A stretch of DNA of 64,000 bases from Eledone cirrhosa (Eukaryota). Location of the stretch: assembly GCA_964016885.1 (NCBI GenBank), contig OZ024744.1, forward strand, positions 109,926,001-109,990,000, read 5' to 3'. Positions 12,991 through 31,186 of the stretch are shown one piece after another (the first letter of the stretch is position 1; each line of letters begins with the position of its first letter). The notes below the pieces were generated by a model. That model saw nothing but the letters and a program-made list of their open reading frames with translations. It did not search any database and was not told the DNA's origin. The translations under genes were made by a program, and so were the position numbers.

Positions 12991-13931
12991 ATGTGTGTAT
13001 TGGAAGATGATTCTATTAGTAGAGATGGGGGAGGGAGTTGTGTGTGTGTGTATATGGGTGTTATGTGTGTGTGTGCGAGTATGTTAGATAGAGAGAATAT
13101 ATATTTTTTGTGTGTGTGTATATATATATGTGTGTAGGAAAGTGGTTCTATTAGTAGAAATGGGGAGGGTGTTGTAGGTGTGGGGGTTTTTATGTGTGTG
13201 TATGGGTGTTATGTGTGTGGGAGTATGGTTAGCATGTTAAGATGAAGAGAATATATATATATATATATTGTGTGTGTGTATGTGTGTGTGTAGGAAAATG
13301 ATTCCTTTAGTAGGAATATTTTTGAATGAACATATTTTCCTGACTTTTTCGTGTTTGCTGTTGTATTGCCAGTGCAAACGTATGTTTAAGGTTTATTTAG
13401 TTCGGGTTTTTATTTTCTAAAGTAGGTGTTATGTGTGTGTGTGTATGTCATATTGTGGTGTTGACATAATGTATATTAAACCTTATTTAATGTTGGTCTA
13501 TATTTTTGAATAAACATATTTTCCTTATTTATTCGCATTTGTTCTGTTGTATTGTTAGCGCAAAGGTAAAATGGGAAGACTTGGAATTTGGGTGTCTTAT
13601 TACTTGCGCAAATGTCTAGATGTGCACTTAGTGGTATTTGTCTCGTGGTTGGATCTCGTAATTGTTGGCGATGAACTGTCATTCTGTTTCTGAGTGTGAG
13701 TTTAGTTTGTCCTATATAATCTTCATTGCATCCTTTACATTTAATAGCATAAATTAGATTTTTTGATGAGCAAGTGAAGAACTGCGAAACCGGTAAAGGA
13801 ACCAAATAAATATATATATTTTTTAAAAAAATAAGACTTCAGTTGCATTTTCGATTTCATCCCTTTTTCTTTATACTTCCACTCGTGTAGGACACCTCGG
13901 TTATTTTTCATTTTGTAAAAAAAAACCTCAC

Positions 13932-13939
<8 letters not shown>
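12336..13939 (-). mobile_element. Penelope-like element (family A, copy 1): 3' part with GIY-YIG endonuclease and inverted terminal arm, flanked by (TA)n
   Basis: FTCSSKNLIYAIKCKGCNEDYIGQTKLTLRNRMTVHRQQ at 13476-13780; inverted arms ~12334-12433 and 13776-13875. Confidence 0.88.
12410..12447 (-). ncRNA. Minimal Type I hammerhead ribozyme, U3-A8 core variant
   Basis: cctt-UUGAAAA-gcag aagaa cugc-GAAA-ccgg-UA-aagg; palindromic helix III ACCGGU. Confidence 0.7.
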
Positions 13940-13979
<40 letters not shown>

Positions 13980-15110
13980 TTGTCTAAGGGAATTTCATTC
14001 CTTTGTCTCAAATTTCGAATTCACCGCCAAAACGGGGGTTACCTCCCTTGGAGAAAACCACGTGTCTATAGCGAAATTTACTGCTAGAACATACCCGCAG
14101 AGGCTAAAGAACACAAGACTTGTTGAAGAAGTAAATCCTTTGTTCTGTCGTCAAAGACCATTAACTTGCATACCCCTGCAAGCGGAATTTGTCGATCTTG
14201 GAATTGCAGAAACCTAGCGTGGATGTTGTGTGCTGTATGTGATGTATATCGTATGCTATACAATCTGCATTATATGTTGCATTCGGTCTCAGCGTTATGT
14301 CAGGTCAGTCTACAATCTTTTCCTGAGTCCAACCATTTTCGTTGCTGTGGTAATGCGGCTGGACTGCCGATCGCTATATTTGATTTGCTAAGCTGTCTAA
14401 ACGTATTGTTATTACTCTGGGGTACTATTCCCTATCGAGTGCTAAAGCTACATACCGAATTTGCATTCGTTAGCTTGGCCGCAAACTAAAACTAAAGCTT
14501 TGTTAATGCTGTACTAAAATGTGTAAATATATATATATATATATATACAAGTTAATATAAATTAATATATGTGTTACGGCTCCTTTTGTTGAGCTAAATT
14601 TTAATCCCATATAAACGGCTGTTATTTCTAGCACCATGAGTATGGGGATAGCTAGTGAGCTGGAAAACCACGTGCGTTAGCGCTTGTACACCAGACCTCC
14701 AAAAATATTTCGAGGTGAAACATCCTAATTTTCTGGATACCTGTTGATGAACACAGAAAATGGAATCTTTCACTTTTTTATACTATCGTTGCGAAACTTA
14801 TTTTATTTTTGAAATTTAAATTTGTCTGCGGAACAGGTTTGGATTTTGAAATTTAAATTGGTCCAGCTATCACGGTTATTGCCAATATGGGTTTGTTTTT
14901 ATTGATTTATTATTTTAAATCGAGACAGGCAAACTATATTTATTTTAATTAGTATATTTCATTCTAGCTAACTTGGTCATTTACAATACAAACACTTATG
15001 TGTTTATCATATATTAATTTATATTAACTTGTATTTCACGGCTCAGAAATGCTTCTTTCTTTGAGCTAATTAATTGTAAAGGACTGTTTGAGTTTATAAC
15101 TCTAAATATA

Positions 15111-15659
<549 letters not shown>

Positions 15660-15974
15660 CACACAGCCAGCTGCTATGTTATTTAGGACTGATATTTATG
15701 GTTGATGGGTTTTTTTCATACAATAAAAATATACTAACTGATTTTCCAACTGAGTGACAACATTCATTTTTTTTCTGAAAGTTCGTTGCTCAAAAGAAAT
15801 CTTTTGATGGTTAGCAACGATCGTCACACTAAAGGTTAGCTTATAAAGTTCGATTGCTCTGGCAGGTCTCTGTAAAAGGAATTATTTGTAGGCAATGACT
15901 CATGTTTTCTAACAAAGAAGGCTTTATAATAACTATTGTTAATTATGAATAATACGACCGCAACTTTCTTAAAT

Positions 15975-16007
<33 letters not shown>

Positions 16008-16029
16008 TACACACACACAGAATATCTTT

Positions 16030-16607
16030 TTCTTCTTCTTCTTCTTCTTCTTCTTCTTCTTCTTCTTCTTCTTCTTCTTCTTCTTCTTCTTCTTCTTCTT
16101 CGTCTTCTTCTTCGTCTTCTTCTTCTTCTTCTTCGTCTTCTTCTTCTTCTTCTTCTTCTTCTTCTTCTTCTTCTTCATCTTCTTCTTCTTCTTCTTCTTC
16201 TTCTTCTTCTTCTTCTTCTTCTTCTTCTTCTTCTTCGTCTTCTTCTTCTTCTTCTTCTTCTTCTTCGTCTTCTTCTTCTTCTTCTTCTTCTTCTTCTTCT
16301 TTTTCTTCTTCTTCTCCCCACTCCTCCTCCTTATTCTCCCCCTTCCCCTGCTCCTCCTCCTCCTCCTTCTTCTTCTTCTTCTTCTTCTTCTTCTTCTTCT
16401 TCTTCTTCTTCTTCTTCTCCTCCTCCTCCTCCTCCTCCTTCTTCTCGCGCCTCCTCATTGGTCTCCCCCCCTCCTCCTCCTCCTCATTTTTCTTCTTCTT
16501 CTTCTTCTTCTTCTTCTTCTTCTTCTTCTTCTTCTTCTTCTTCTTCTTCTTCTTCTTCTTCTTCTTCTTCTTCTCCTCCTCCTCCTCATCCCCCTCCTCC
16601 TCCTCCC
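16030..16607. repeat. (TTC)n/(TCC)n trinucleotide tract
   Basis: Seen directly; lies at the 3' end of the adjacent minus-strand RTE remnant. Confidence 0.95.
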
Positions 16608-16609
16608 AC

Positions 16610-17460
16610 ATATTCCTGAGAGGGTGGAGGGGACAGACTCCTCTAACACTCCCTATACAGCAGGTCCTGTCAGAAGCAACCGTCTCCAACTGATCCGGCA
16701 TAATCCCCAAGTGAAACCGGCCAATGCTCGGGGGTCTACCCCTGGGTCACCTACCAGTTGTTGGTTTTGCCCGTAAAATCTTCCCAGTGAATCTTTCCCG
16801 AGACATTCTAACCACATGCTAATAGTATCAGGGCTGAGATCTCTCAATATGGAGAAGTAGCAGCTCAACCTGAAGTGACTCTCTGATCTCTGAGCTACAC
16901 ACTCTCTCAAGTAACGTTACTCCAAAGACCCTTCAGAGGAGCCCCCATTTCAGCCACTTGTATTCGCGATCGAATTCTTTCAGTCATTACCTTAGATTCA
17001 TGCCCATAGGTAAAGGTTGGCACAAATACCAAATTGAAGATAACAAGTTTGTCTTTTACACCTACCTCCCTTCTTCTGATTACTGAATGCTGAAGCTGGT
17101 GCATTACTGCATCATCTCCTGTAATTCTTGCACTTATTTCAGCCTCCTGCCTTCCATTACTCATGAACACAAACCCGAGATACTTGAACTTCTCTAACTA
17201 CTTCAGTGGAACTCCATTTAAATGTAGAGTGCACTGCACAGGCTTCTTTGAGAGGATGAGTGTCTCAGTTTTCACAGCACTGATTTTCATTCCAGCCATG
17301 CAGCTCTCGGTTCAAACCTATCGAGTGACAATCGGAGTTAAGTTAAGTTCTTTTGAGTTAAGTAACACCATGTCATCTGCAAATTACAGCCGACTGATTT
17401 TACCCCTGCCTGTCATGATACCACTTCTAACCTGGCTAGGCATGTCAATCCTGTTCATGT
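16610..17460 (-). pseudogene. RTE-clade (Rex3/Expander-like) LINE 3' remnant
   Basis: FADDMVL at ~17360-17385, FKYLG, then SNGRQEAEISARI..KLVIFNLVFVPTFTYGHESKVMTERIRSRIQVAEMG. Confidence 0.8.
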
Positions 17461-17463
17461 AAA

Positions 17464-17603
17464 TAATTGTTTCTACTTTAGGCACAAGGCCAGCAAATTA
17501 CCCAGTACATTACTGGTACTCTATTTTATCGACCCCCGTAAGGATGAAAGGCAAAGTTAACCTCGGCGGGATTTGAACTCAGAATGGAAAGGGACGTAAC
17601 TAT
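17464..17603 (-). mobile_element. tRNA-derived SINE, partial
   Basis: Reverse complement of gagttcaaatcccgccgagg..ctttgcctttcatccttacggggtcgataaaa..gtaccagt. Confidence 0.8.
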
Positions 17604-17713
17604 GCTAGAATGAAGAGAAACGACAGAACGCACCCTTGGCGGAGTCCGACTCCCACATTGAATGGTTTCGATTTAGCACCATTTATTCAAACACTCGGGC
17701 ATTTCGTCACACA

Positions 17714-17762
<49 letters not shown>

Positions 17763-17777
17763 CACACACACACACAT

Positions 17778-17930
17778 TGACCATTGGACATATAATTTCA
17801 ATGTGCAGTCCTATAGCTCCAACCGAATACCTAAACAGGCATGACAGAGCTGCACAATACATACATTGGATAATGTGTAAGCATTTTGACCTGCCGCATC
17901 AAAAGAATTGGTGGGAGCATCAACCACTCC
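17778..17930 (+). pseudogene. Short R4/Dong C-terminal fragment (post-zinc-finger RHD region)
   Basis: TIGHIISMCSPIAPTEYLNRHDRAAQYIHWIMCKHFDLPHQKNWWEHQP matches the HI.S.C..LA..EY..RHD..HW..C..W.EH.P pattern. Confidence 0.75.
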
Positions 17931-17940
17931 GCCCCCCCCC

Positions 17941-17976
<36 letters not shown>

Positions 17977-18019
17977 ATATAATTATACAAATAGATATGT
18001 TACTATGATGTAACATTAA

Positions 18020-18209
18020 ATATTTGTTTCTACTTTAAGCACAAGGCCAGCAATTACCCAGTTCATTACTGGTACTTTATTTTATCGACCCCGTAAGGAT
18101 GAAAGGCAAAGTCAACCTCGGTGGGATTTGAACTCAGATCGTAAAGGGACGTAACTATGCTGGAAAGCATGGCGTCCGACCCTCTACCGATACTGCCAAT
18201 CCACCGCCT
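18020..18209 (-). mobile_element. tRNA-derived SINE, near full length
   Basis: ggcggtggattggcagtatcggtag (A-box), gagttcaaatcc (B-box), same body as other copies. Confidence 0.85.
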
Positions 18210-18639
18210 TTGTAACATTAAATATTATCTCGATCTGGCCGCTGATAGACTTGTTCAATAATGACAGGGCGTGACGACTGAAATTAAAGCAAACTCAATA
18301 CGCTTCAGTCGTAAAGTAACAACACCCAAACGGAACATACAAAGGCGATAAGGAAATTTAAGAAAGTTTAACAGTGAAAGATTGACACACTTACATTACG
18401 CTCAGACCACATGATTTAGAATTTGCCAAAATTCTTAATTAAAAATTGATAATTACCAGTTAGATAATGTAATAAGAATATAAAGACTCTCATCGGCGGA
18501 AATTTGCCATAAATGGAGCAAAAGAAAGTCCTTTGCCTTCTCCAGGGATGAGCAAATCCAACTGTTTGCGTGCGTGCTATGTGATGATGATGGTACAGTA
18601 ACAGGACAGTCAGTGCTGCCTGGGTTGAGCACGCACGCA

Positions 18640-18714
<75 letters not shown>

Positions 18715-18717
<3 letters not shown>

Positions 18718-18909
18718 GGAACAAGTAAGACCCCGACGGCTGAGCTCAAGCCGTTTCGACGGCTAATTCTGCAGTCCAGAATTAGCCGCCGAAACGGCTT
18801 GAGCTCAGCCGTTGGGGTCTTACTTGTTCCTATTACCCACTCTACTACCCTAAGTATTGAGTACTTTGGTGCGTTATGGTCCACCTGGTTCCTTACCACT
18901 TTTCCTTCG

Positions 18910-18911
<2 letters not shown>
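18715..18911. mobile_element. Miniature fold-back element (57-bp arms, 5-bp spacer, ~78-bp extension) in (TA)n; likely extreme PLE truncation
   Basis: Arms 18715-18771 and 18777-18833 nearly perfect; each holds the 3' half of a hammerhead (GAAA-CGGC..GCCG-UC/UU). Confidence 0.65.
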
Positions 18912-18981
<70 letters not shown>

Positions 18982-18994
18982 GTATATATATGTA

Positions 18995-19181
18995 TGTATA
19001 ATATATTTCATAATATACTGTGTGCTGATTTAAAAACATTTAGAAGACCATTCGCTATAAGTTTTAAAGTAGTGACTATGTCACTTACTTAGTCTCGGCA
19101 AAGACAAAGGGAAGCAACCGTCAGCTGTTTCTCGTTCGTTAACGGTTATCAAGTTTCGGCAGAAGTGAAGGGATAAGCAAT

Positions 19182-19182
<1 letters not shown>
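18995..19182 (-). mobile_element. PLE-like terminal fragment with decayed UUGAUAA...GAAA motif; related to 28895-29070
   Basis: Shared gaagacc..ttttaaagtagtgac..tcact.actt..tctc.gcaaa sequence; flanked by (TA)n. Confidence 0.5.
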
Positions 19183-19264
<82 letters not shown>

Positions 19265-19544
19265 GAATAATCGAGTATCGAAAATTCGGCGCACGAGTTC
19301 ACGATAAACAAAATTCGATATGAGCGGCAGAGTGCTCCATAATTTAGATAAATCAGAGCTATAACTATCGTTAAAATACCGTCACACACAGAACAAGTCT
19401 ATAATCAACCGTACGATCGAAAATTTGCGATCCGGAAGGTTCGGGACACTCAGATAAAAAATCAATAAATCAATAAATTAAATGAATGTAAAAAGCATAC
19501 CCGGACCCGCTAGGAAGATGTTAAATCTAGCTTCATGGGTATAT

Positions 19545-24330
<4,786 letters not shown>

Positions 24331-24999
24331 ATACAACATAGATAACAGTAAAATGTTTGTTTAATGCATTTAATTGCTAACGATCGTTTCTTCCAGACAT
24401 ATGTCTGATATCATCGGAGCATATACAATGTTAAAACAAATAAATTCCTAATCTTTAGAACATTCATTAAGATACATTATATTTGAGAAGACTAATTATA
24501 ATTGTTGGAGAGTAAGAGCAAAAGAACATTATAATGAAAAGATAGTAATAAAGTATTATAAAGAGAAGCTGTTTTGAAGCTATATGATATAAATCATTAT
24601 ATCAAGAATATACCAAGAATATAAATAATAGCAGAGAACATGCAATAAAAATAACACAATTGTGTAGTGATAGTATACATATATGTTTTATACATTATAA
24701 ACATTATAAGATATATTAGTTACAGGCGATAATATTTAGGCGAAAAGTTTTATAAAGGTTATGCAGAAAATGGTAATATCTATAGTTGTGAGGTGTGTAA
24801 GCAATAAGTATAGAATTGTAGAGTTCAAACAGATATATAAAACAAACACTTAATCCAAACGTATGGAGTTTAAGGTTCTTCTTCTTTAAAGTTGTGATGA
24901 CAGTTGTAGTACTTAATTTCATGTCGTTGCTGTCCAAATGGAACTGAAACACCAAATATGACACAACAGCTCCCACAAAGCGTGTATTGATGATAAAAA

Positions 25000-26420
25000 C
25001 ACATCAATCAAACAGCGGGTATACAATAAGTGCAAGATTCAGGTTGAATGTGCCCTCGGGAAAATGAAAGAGGCTTGGTGGTCTGCAAAGCTACTCAATT
25101 TCAACAAACCTTCTATGATTGTTTGAAGAATATGAATGGTCCTCAAGAGACTAGTATCTCGCCGGTTCTCTCATCTGATTGGCAGACACTTCTGACAGAT
25201 AAGTCGGCCATCTTGAAAAGAAGGAAAGAGAACTTTGAAATTGTATTGAACTCCACTGTTTGTCATTGATGACGACGTCATAGTGTCAATATCCCCAAAT
25301 CCTGAAATGACTATTGAACCAACACTGCAGGAAGTGAAAAAAATCCTCCAAACAAATTTCCTGCGGCAAAACACCTGGCAAAGATGCTATTCCAATATGG
25401 TGGACAAAGCTGGTCAGGAAACTACATGAGCTCTTCAAAGCAATTTGAAGGCTGGCCAAGTTCCTCAGGGCTGCAAGGGCAGGTTCATCAAACATCTCTA
25501 TAAAAACAAAGAGAATAGGTGTGTATGTGATAACCATCGTGGGATATCACTTCTGTCAAGACCATCGTGGGATATCACTTGGTAAAAGCCAAGCTCATAG
25601 CCAATAGGATCATCAAATATATTGTCGATGACATTTACCCTGAATTGCAGTGTGGTTTCTTTTAAAACAGCAGCGCAATCAACATGATCTTTACTTTTCG
25701 TTGGATTGCCGAGAAGGTCTGTGAGAGAAATCAAGAAATATATACGGTGTTTGTAAATCTAAGCAAGGTATTTGACAATGTAAATCATGAATGAAAGCGG
25801 TTGTTTTATCTGATGGGGAGTTGTCAGATTTCTTTGAGGTGGCAAATGGTACAAAACAAGGCTGGGTCATGGCTCCAGTTCTTTTCGAATCAGTGATGTT
25901 GAAATATATCTTTGGTGAAAAAAACACAGGTGCTAGATTCAAATTTCGAACTAATAGCGAACTCTTCAACCATTAACCATTCAAAGCTAAGACACATTTA
26001 CAGACAAGCCTCATTCGCAATCTTTTATTCATTTATTTATTTTTTTCAGATGACACTGCACCATCTCCAACATCTTTAGAAGAGGAAGCCCAGGAACACG
26101 TAAACTGTTTTTCTGTTGCAAGTAAAGCATACAGAAAAGAGAGTTGATCCACCAGCCATGGTCTATAACCAAACAAATACAAGGTATCAAACAGAAACCA
26201 CCAGTTCAACAGCTCCCATATACCCCTATAAATATCGATGGGAAGAATCTCAAGTATGTGAAATCATTTACATATCTTGACAGCAAAGTGAACTCAAATG
26301 TATCTTTCGATGACGGGATAATTAATCATATAGGAAAGCCACGAGTTCATTTGACAAGTTCAGTCATCGTCTTCAGAAAGGGAGGGGCATAAACCTGGAC
26401 ATCAACATACAGGTTACAGT
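25000..26420 (+). pseudogene. Degraded RTE/BovB-like LINE RT
   Basis: LLTDKSAILKR..ENFEIVLN, GKTPGKDAIP, NHRGISLLS, PELQCGF, FEVANGTKQGWVMAPVLF, FSDD, VKSFTYLDS; many stops and indels. Confidence 0.82.
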
Positions 26421-26954
26421 CTGTTTCATATGTTTCACCACCCGTATATGCCATACATTATACTCTATAATTCCACCACCTCAACCATCATTATATTCTT
26501 CTAATCCTTATATTTTAGTTTACTTTATATCATATTATTATAATTTTTCAATTTTTTAGTTTTAACTGTTTAAATATTTAATTAATTTTTTTTTTTAATT
26601 CAGAAAAAATTTTAATTTTTTAATTTTTAATTTCTTTTTTTACACGATTGTCATTTTGTGATTTTTGGTCCAACCTTGATTTCCCTTCTCAATTTAACAC
26701 TTTTTCACCTTTCTTCTTACTTCCTTTATTCCTTATATCTTATGTCTTATATGCACACACACACACGAATCCTTAATTGCTCGTGCGTTCACGCAAACAC
26801 ACACATGAATATCGGTGAATACACACCCGCCTTGCCGTCCGACCAATTACACCAAAATACAAACATATACCCACACAAAAAAAAAAAAAAAATAGGGCCG
26901 ATGCTTATATATAGCCCACACACCACAACAAAACTATAGCTTTGGTCACATCAC

Positions 26955-27042
26955 CAGTCTGAGGAGCAGTTCGATACTGGAGTCGGGTCCATAACTTCTA
27001 TGGATCACCTTGAGCTAATCCTCTGCGAAACGCACGTAACAA
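26955..27042 (+). ncRNA. Type I hammerhead-like motif with long helix II insertion, weak helix I
   Basis: gt-CUGAGGA-GCAG..~53 nt..CUGC-GAAA-CGcaCG-UA-ac. Confidence 0.55.
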
Positions 27043-27409
27043 GTCGACACGCAATAAATATTTTTCAAATGTAAACGAAACTTCCTCGTATTTTTTTATT
27101 ATAAGCACTCTGCCTGTGCACAGAGTGCTTGATTTGGCAGCAACACCAGTATTTCACTGTACTACCTACAATATATATAATTATTGATGATGTCACCAGG
27201 TTCTTATGTAACGAGGCCACTGAAATGTAATGTTTGCTAAAATAAATCTTTGAAGGAATTTCACCAGTCCGGCCTCCTGTCATTTTACTCAATAATATTT
27301 AACTCTGTTCTCGCACCACTAACAAGATTCAACATCAAAGATGGATGAGTGGCATAACATCGAGTGTTTTTCTGCTATGCTGATATGAGTACTCAATGCT
27401 CGTGGGGAG

Positions 27410-27803
27410 CAGGGTATCAATAATAATTGTTTCTATATTTGGTACAAGGCCAGCAATTACCCAGTGCATTACTGGTACTTTATTTTATCAACCCCGTAAG
27501 GATGAAAGGCAAAGTTAACCTCGGCGGGATTTGAACTCAGGCCTAAAGGGACGTAACTCTATGCTGGAAAGTATGGCGTCCGACTCTCTACCGATACCGC
27601 CAGGGTATCAATAATAATTGTTTCTACTTTTGGCACAAGGCCAGCAATAACCCAGTGCATTACTGGTACTTTATTTTATCGACCCCGTAAGGATGAAAGG
27701 CAAAGTCAACCTCGGCGGGATTTGAACTCAGACCGTAAAGGGACGTAACTATGCTGGAAAGCATGGCGTCTGACCCTCTACCGATACTGCCAATCCACCG
27801 CCC
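27410..27803 (-). mobile_element. Tandem pair of tRNA-derived SINE copies
   Basis: Two ~190-bp units, each starting with cagggtatcaataataattgtttcta (27410, 27601). Confidence 0.85.
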
Positions 27804-27826
27804 CGCAATAATAATAATAATAATAA

Positions 27827-28860
<1,034 letters not shown>

Positions 28861-28894
28861 TTGGAGCTCTGAAATAGCAATATATATATGGATG

Positions 28895-29106
28895 TATATA
28901 TAATGTATTTTGCAATACACTTTATGCTTAATTAAAAGCATTTTGAAGACCGTAAGCTTATTGTTTTAAAGTAGTGACAAATTCACTCACTTTGATCTCA
29001 GCAAACAGGGGAGATAAGCCGATAAGACTTGTTTCGCTTTGGTTGAAGCTTATCAATGCCAGCTACCCAGTAAACAGGTGGGGTAGTTGGCCTTGATAAG
29101 CTTCAA
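28895..29106 (-). mobile_element. PLE-like terminal fragment with short fold-back and UUGAUAA hammerhead variant
   Basis: Minus strand UUGAUAA-GCUU caacca AAGC-GAAA; inverted partial copy at 29081-29106. Confidence 0.5.
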
Positions 29107-29862
29107 TTTAAATTATAAAGATAAGCTAGTTTTTACAGTCTTTCTGGTGTACATGTGCACTGTCATCTCGGGTAACTCCACCTGGAATTACATAGGATCC
29201 ACCGCGGGTTCTTTTAAGAAAGGATGGTATGTGCACAGGCACTCAATGAAAAACCGTGCACTTATGGGTTCCACCACCCTCGCCAGAAAAATATGGGAAT
29301 TGAAGGACAGCAACACTAACTACACTATCAACTGGTCGAAGTTGTCGGCTGCTAAAACCTATAGGATGTCCTATTGCGGGCTGTGTGATCTTGAGCTATT
29401 GTATATCCTTAGAAATGTTAAAAGGCTACTTAATAATAAGTTAGAAAGATCTATCTTCTGCAGGCATAGAATAGCCACTAAATTCATAAGATTCAAACCT
29501 CCGTGAATCGAACCAACATAACATAGCTTTAAATTAGGATACCTACTACCCACAGAAATATATTCATTAAGTATACTATTTCCTTCACAAGTCTATACCA
29601 CACAATTGTCTGTAAGTACCTCATCTACCAACAATCTTACTCCTTCTCAGCTGCTGCAATCATTTGATCCTAGATCCTAGTTTTTCTCATTTCACTACTA
29701 CAATGTTACTTTACCTTCTTTTTGCCATAATTACAATTAGCACGCTTTTCTCTTTGCATGTATGTATATTTTTGTACGAGTGTATATTGATGTGTTGTAT
29801 GTGTCTATGTACACATGCATGTGTATATGTGTGTATATATATTTATATATATATATATATGC

Positions 29863-29893
<31 letters not shown>

Positions 29894-30095
29894 CGTAGAT
29901 ATATGCGTATATTGATTCGTTAACCTCTGTATTAACTCTACAACTATTGAGCTTTGACAGTGGTCCCACTCATGTATACTGTTGAAGATGAAGAGAAAGA
30001 CTGTAAAAACTAGCTTATCTTTATAATTTAAAATTGATACACACTACGATACTTTTTGCCTTATGACAGCTGATTTTCACGCCGTAACATTAGAT
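29107..30095 (+). mobile_element. PLE (probably Naiad-type) 3' fragment: GIY-YIG endonuclease 29143-29506, 3' UTR, short inverted arm
   Basis: LVYMCTV..YIGST..FKKGWYVH..TTLARKIWELKD..INW..CGLCDLE..LLN..CRH; arms 29107-29144 and ~29994-30032. Confidence 0.8.
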
Positions 30096-30590
30096 ACATT
30101 ATATACCCCCCACCTAAGTAATGTCAGGGTCTCCTTAAATAGTTTATTGATAGCATTGTTGTAATTGTTGTTATTGTTCTAATTGAATGCCATAACTACT
30201 CCATATAGTAGCCGTATTTTCTTTTCTTTTCTTGCCTGTGTATTTTCTTCATTCTCGCATGCTCCGAAGATCTGACTGGTTATAATTCTGTATTGGCGAT
30301 CGAGTAACGCAAAATTAAGCGGATAGCGATCTCTAGACAGACCAGTTCAGTGAAACAAATGTAAGATGTGTGATTAAAAATTTTTTGTATAGCAAACCAT
30401 GTAAACCTTCTTTCCTGATTTATTATTACTCCAAGTGTTTACAACATAGGAATTACAGCATACCCGCAGCATCACTATGAAAACGCCTTGTTGAGTCAAA
30501 CCAAGCCAAGCGTTAATATCATCCACTACCTGGAATACCATAACTGGACTTCACCTAAGTGGACTGCATTTAACTATTATTTGTTAATCC

Positions 30591-30640
<50 letters not shown>

Positions 30641-30644
<4 letters not shown>

Positions 30645-30900
30645 GCGTACATACATATATGTATACAGGCGTACAGTAGTATGGATATATATATATATAT
30701 ATACATACATGCACACATATATATATGTACGTATGGATTCACCGAACATTTATTATAATGCTCGGTGTGTTTGTAAACAAACATCCGTATTAAGCCGTAG
30801 TGTCTAGCAACCATCGTTGCTCGTTTGTTCAACACTGACAAAGGAACGCTGTAGTAGTTTCAAGCTTATTAGCTATCGTCAGCAACGTATACCTTCCTGC
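30641..30900 (-). repeat. Inverted partial monomer at the start of the array, next to (TA)n at 30592-30639
   Basis: Reverse complement of the monomer from gcaggaaggtatacgttg through the HHR to ..gtacgcgtac. Confidence 0.92.
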
Positions 30901-31099
30901 GTATACTACTGTACGTCTGTATACATATATGTATGTACGTGTACATACGAATATTTAAGTAACAGCCGTACTAAGAGTGGGAAATGAAATTTCGTTTCAT
31001 TTTTTTCCGTTTATCTTTTTCGGTGCACCCGGCCGATTAACCCACTCGATATGCAAATTGGGCTACTCAGTCGTTAATATGCATAAGGTAAGTATATAC

Positions 31100-31186
31100 G
31101 TTCAACAATCCAGCAGGAAGGTATACGTTGCTGACGATAGCTAATAAGCTTGAAACTAGTACAGCGTTCCTTTGTCAGTGTTGAAC
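31100..31186 (+). ncRNA. Type I hammerhead ribozyme (first forward copy; repeated in most monomers); predicted cleavage after GUA at 31161
   Basis: acguug-CUGACGA-u agcu aaua agcu u-GAAA-cuag-UA-cagcgu; helix I extended by gga/ucc, (c)uggca/ugucag in consensus units, and guucaaca/uguugaac. Confidence 0.85.

Noticed and set aside
12336-13939. DNA transposon or MITE reading of the inverted repeats
   Set aside because: GIY-YIG/RT content, variable arm length and hammerheads fit PLE inversions; no transposase seen.
13975-14525. Sequence between (TA)n tracts with a 107-aa ORF
   Set aside because: Probably a repeat fragment, but I could not recognise a domain, terminal repeat or ribozyme.
15936-16710. 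Poly-Leu/Ser or poly-Glu/Lys ORFs
   Set aside because: Translations of the (TTC)n/(TCC)n microsatellite.
31085-31093. Perfect splice donor AAG/GTAAGT in many monomers (spliced-leader idea)
   Set aside because: It varies to aagttaagt or aagataagt in a large share of units, and no convincing SL-RNA fold was found.
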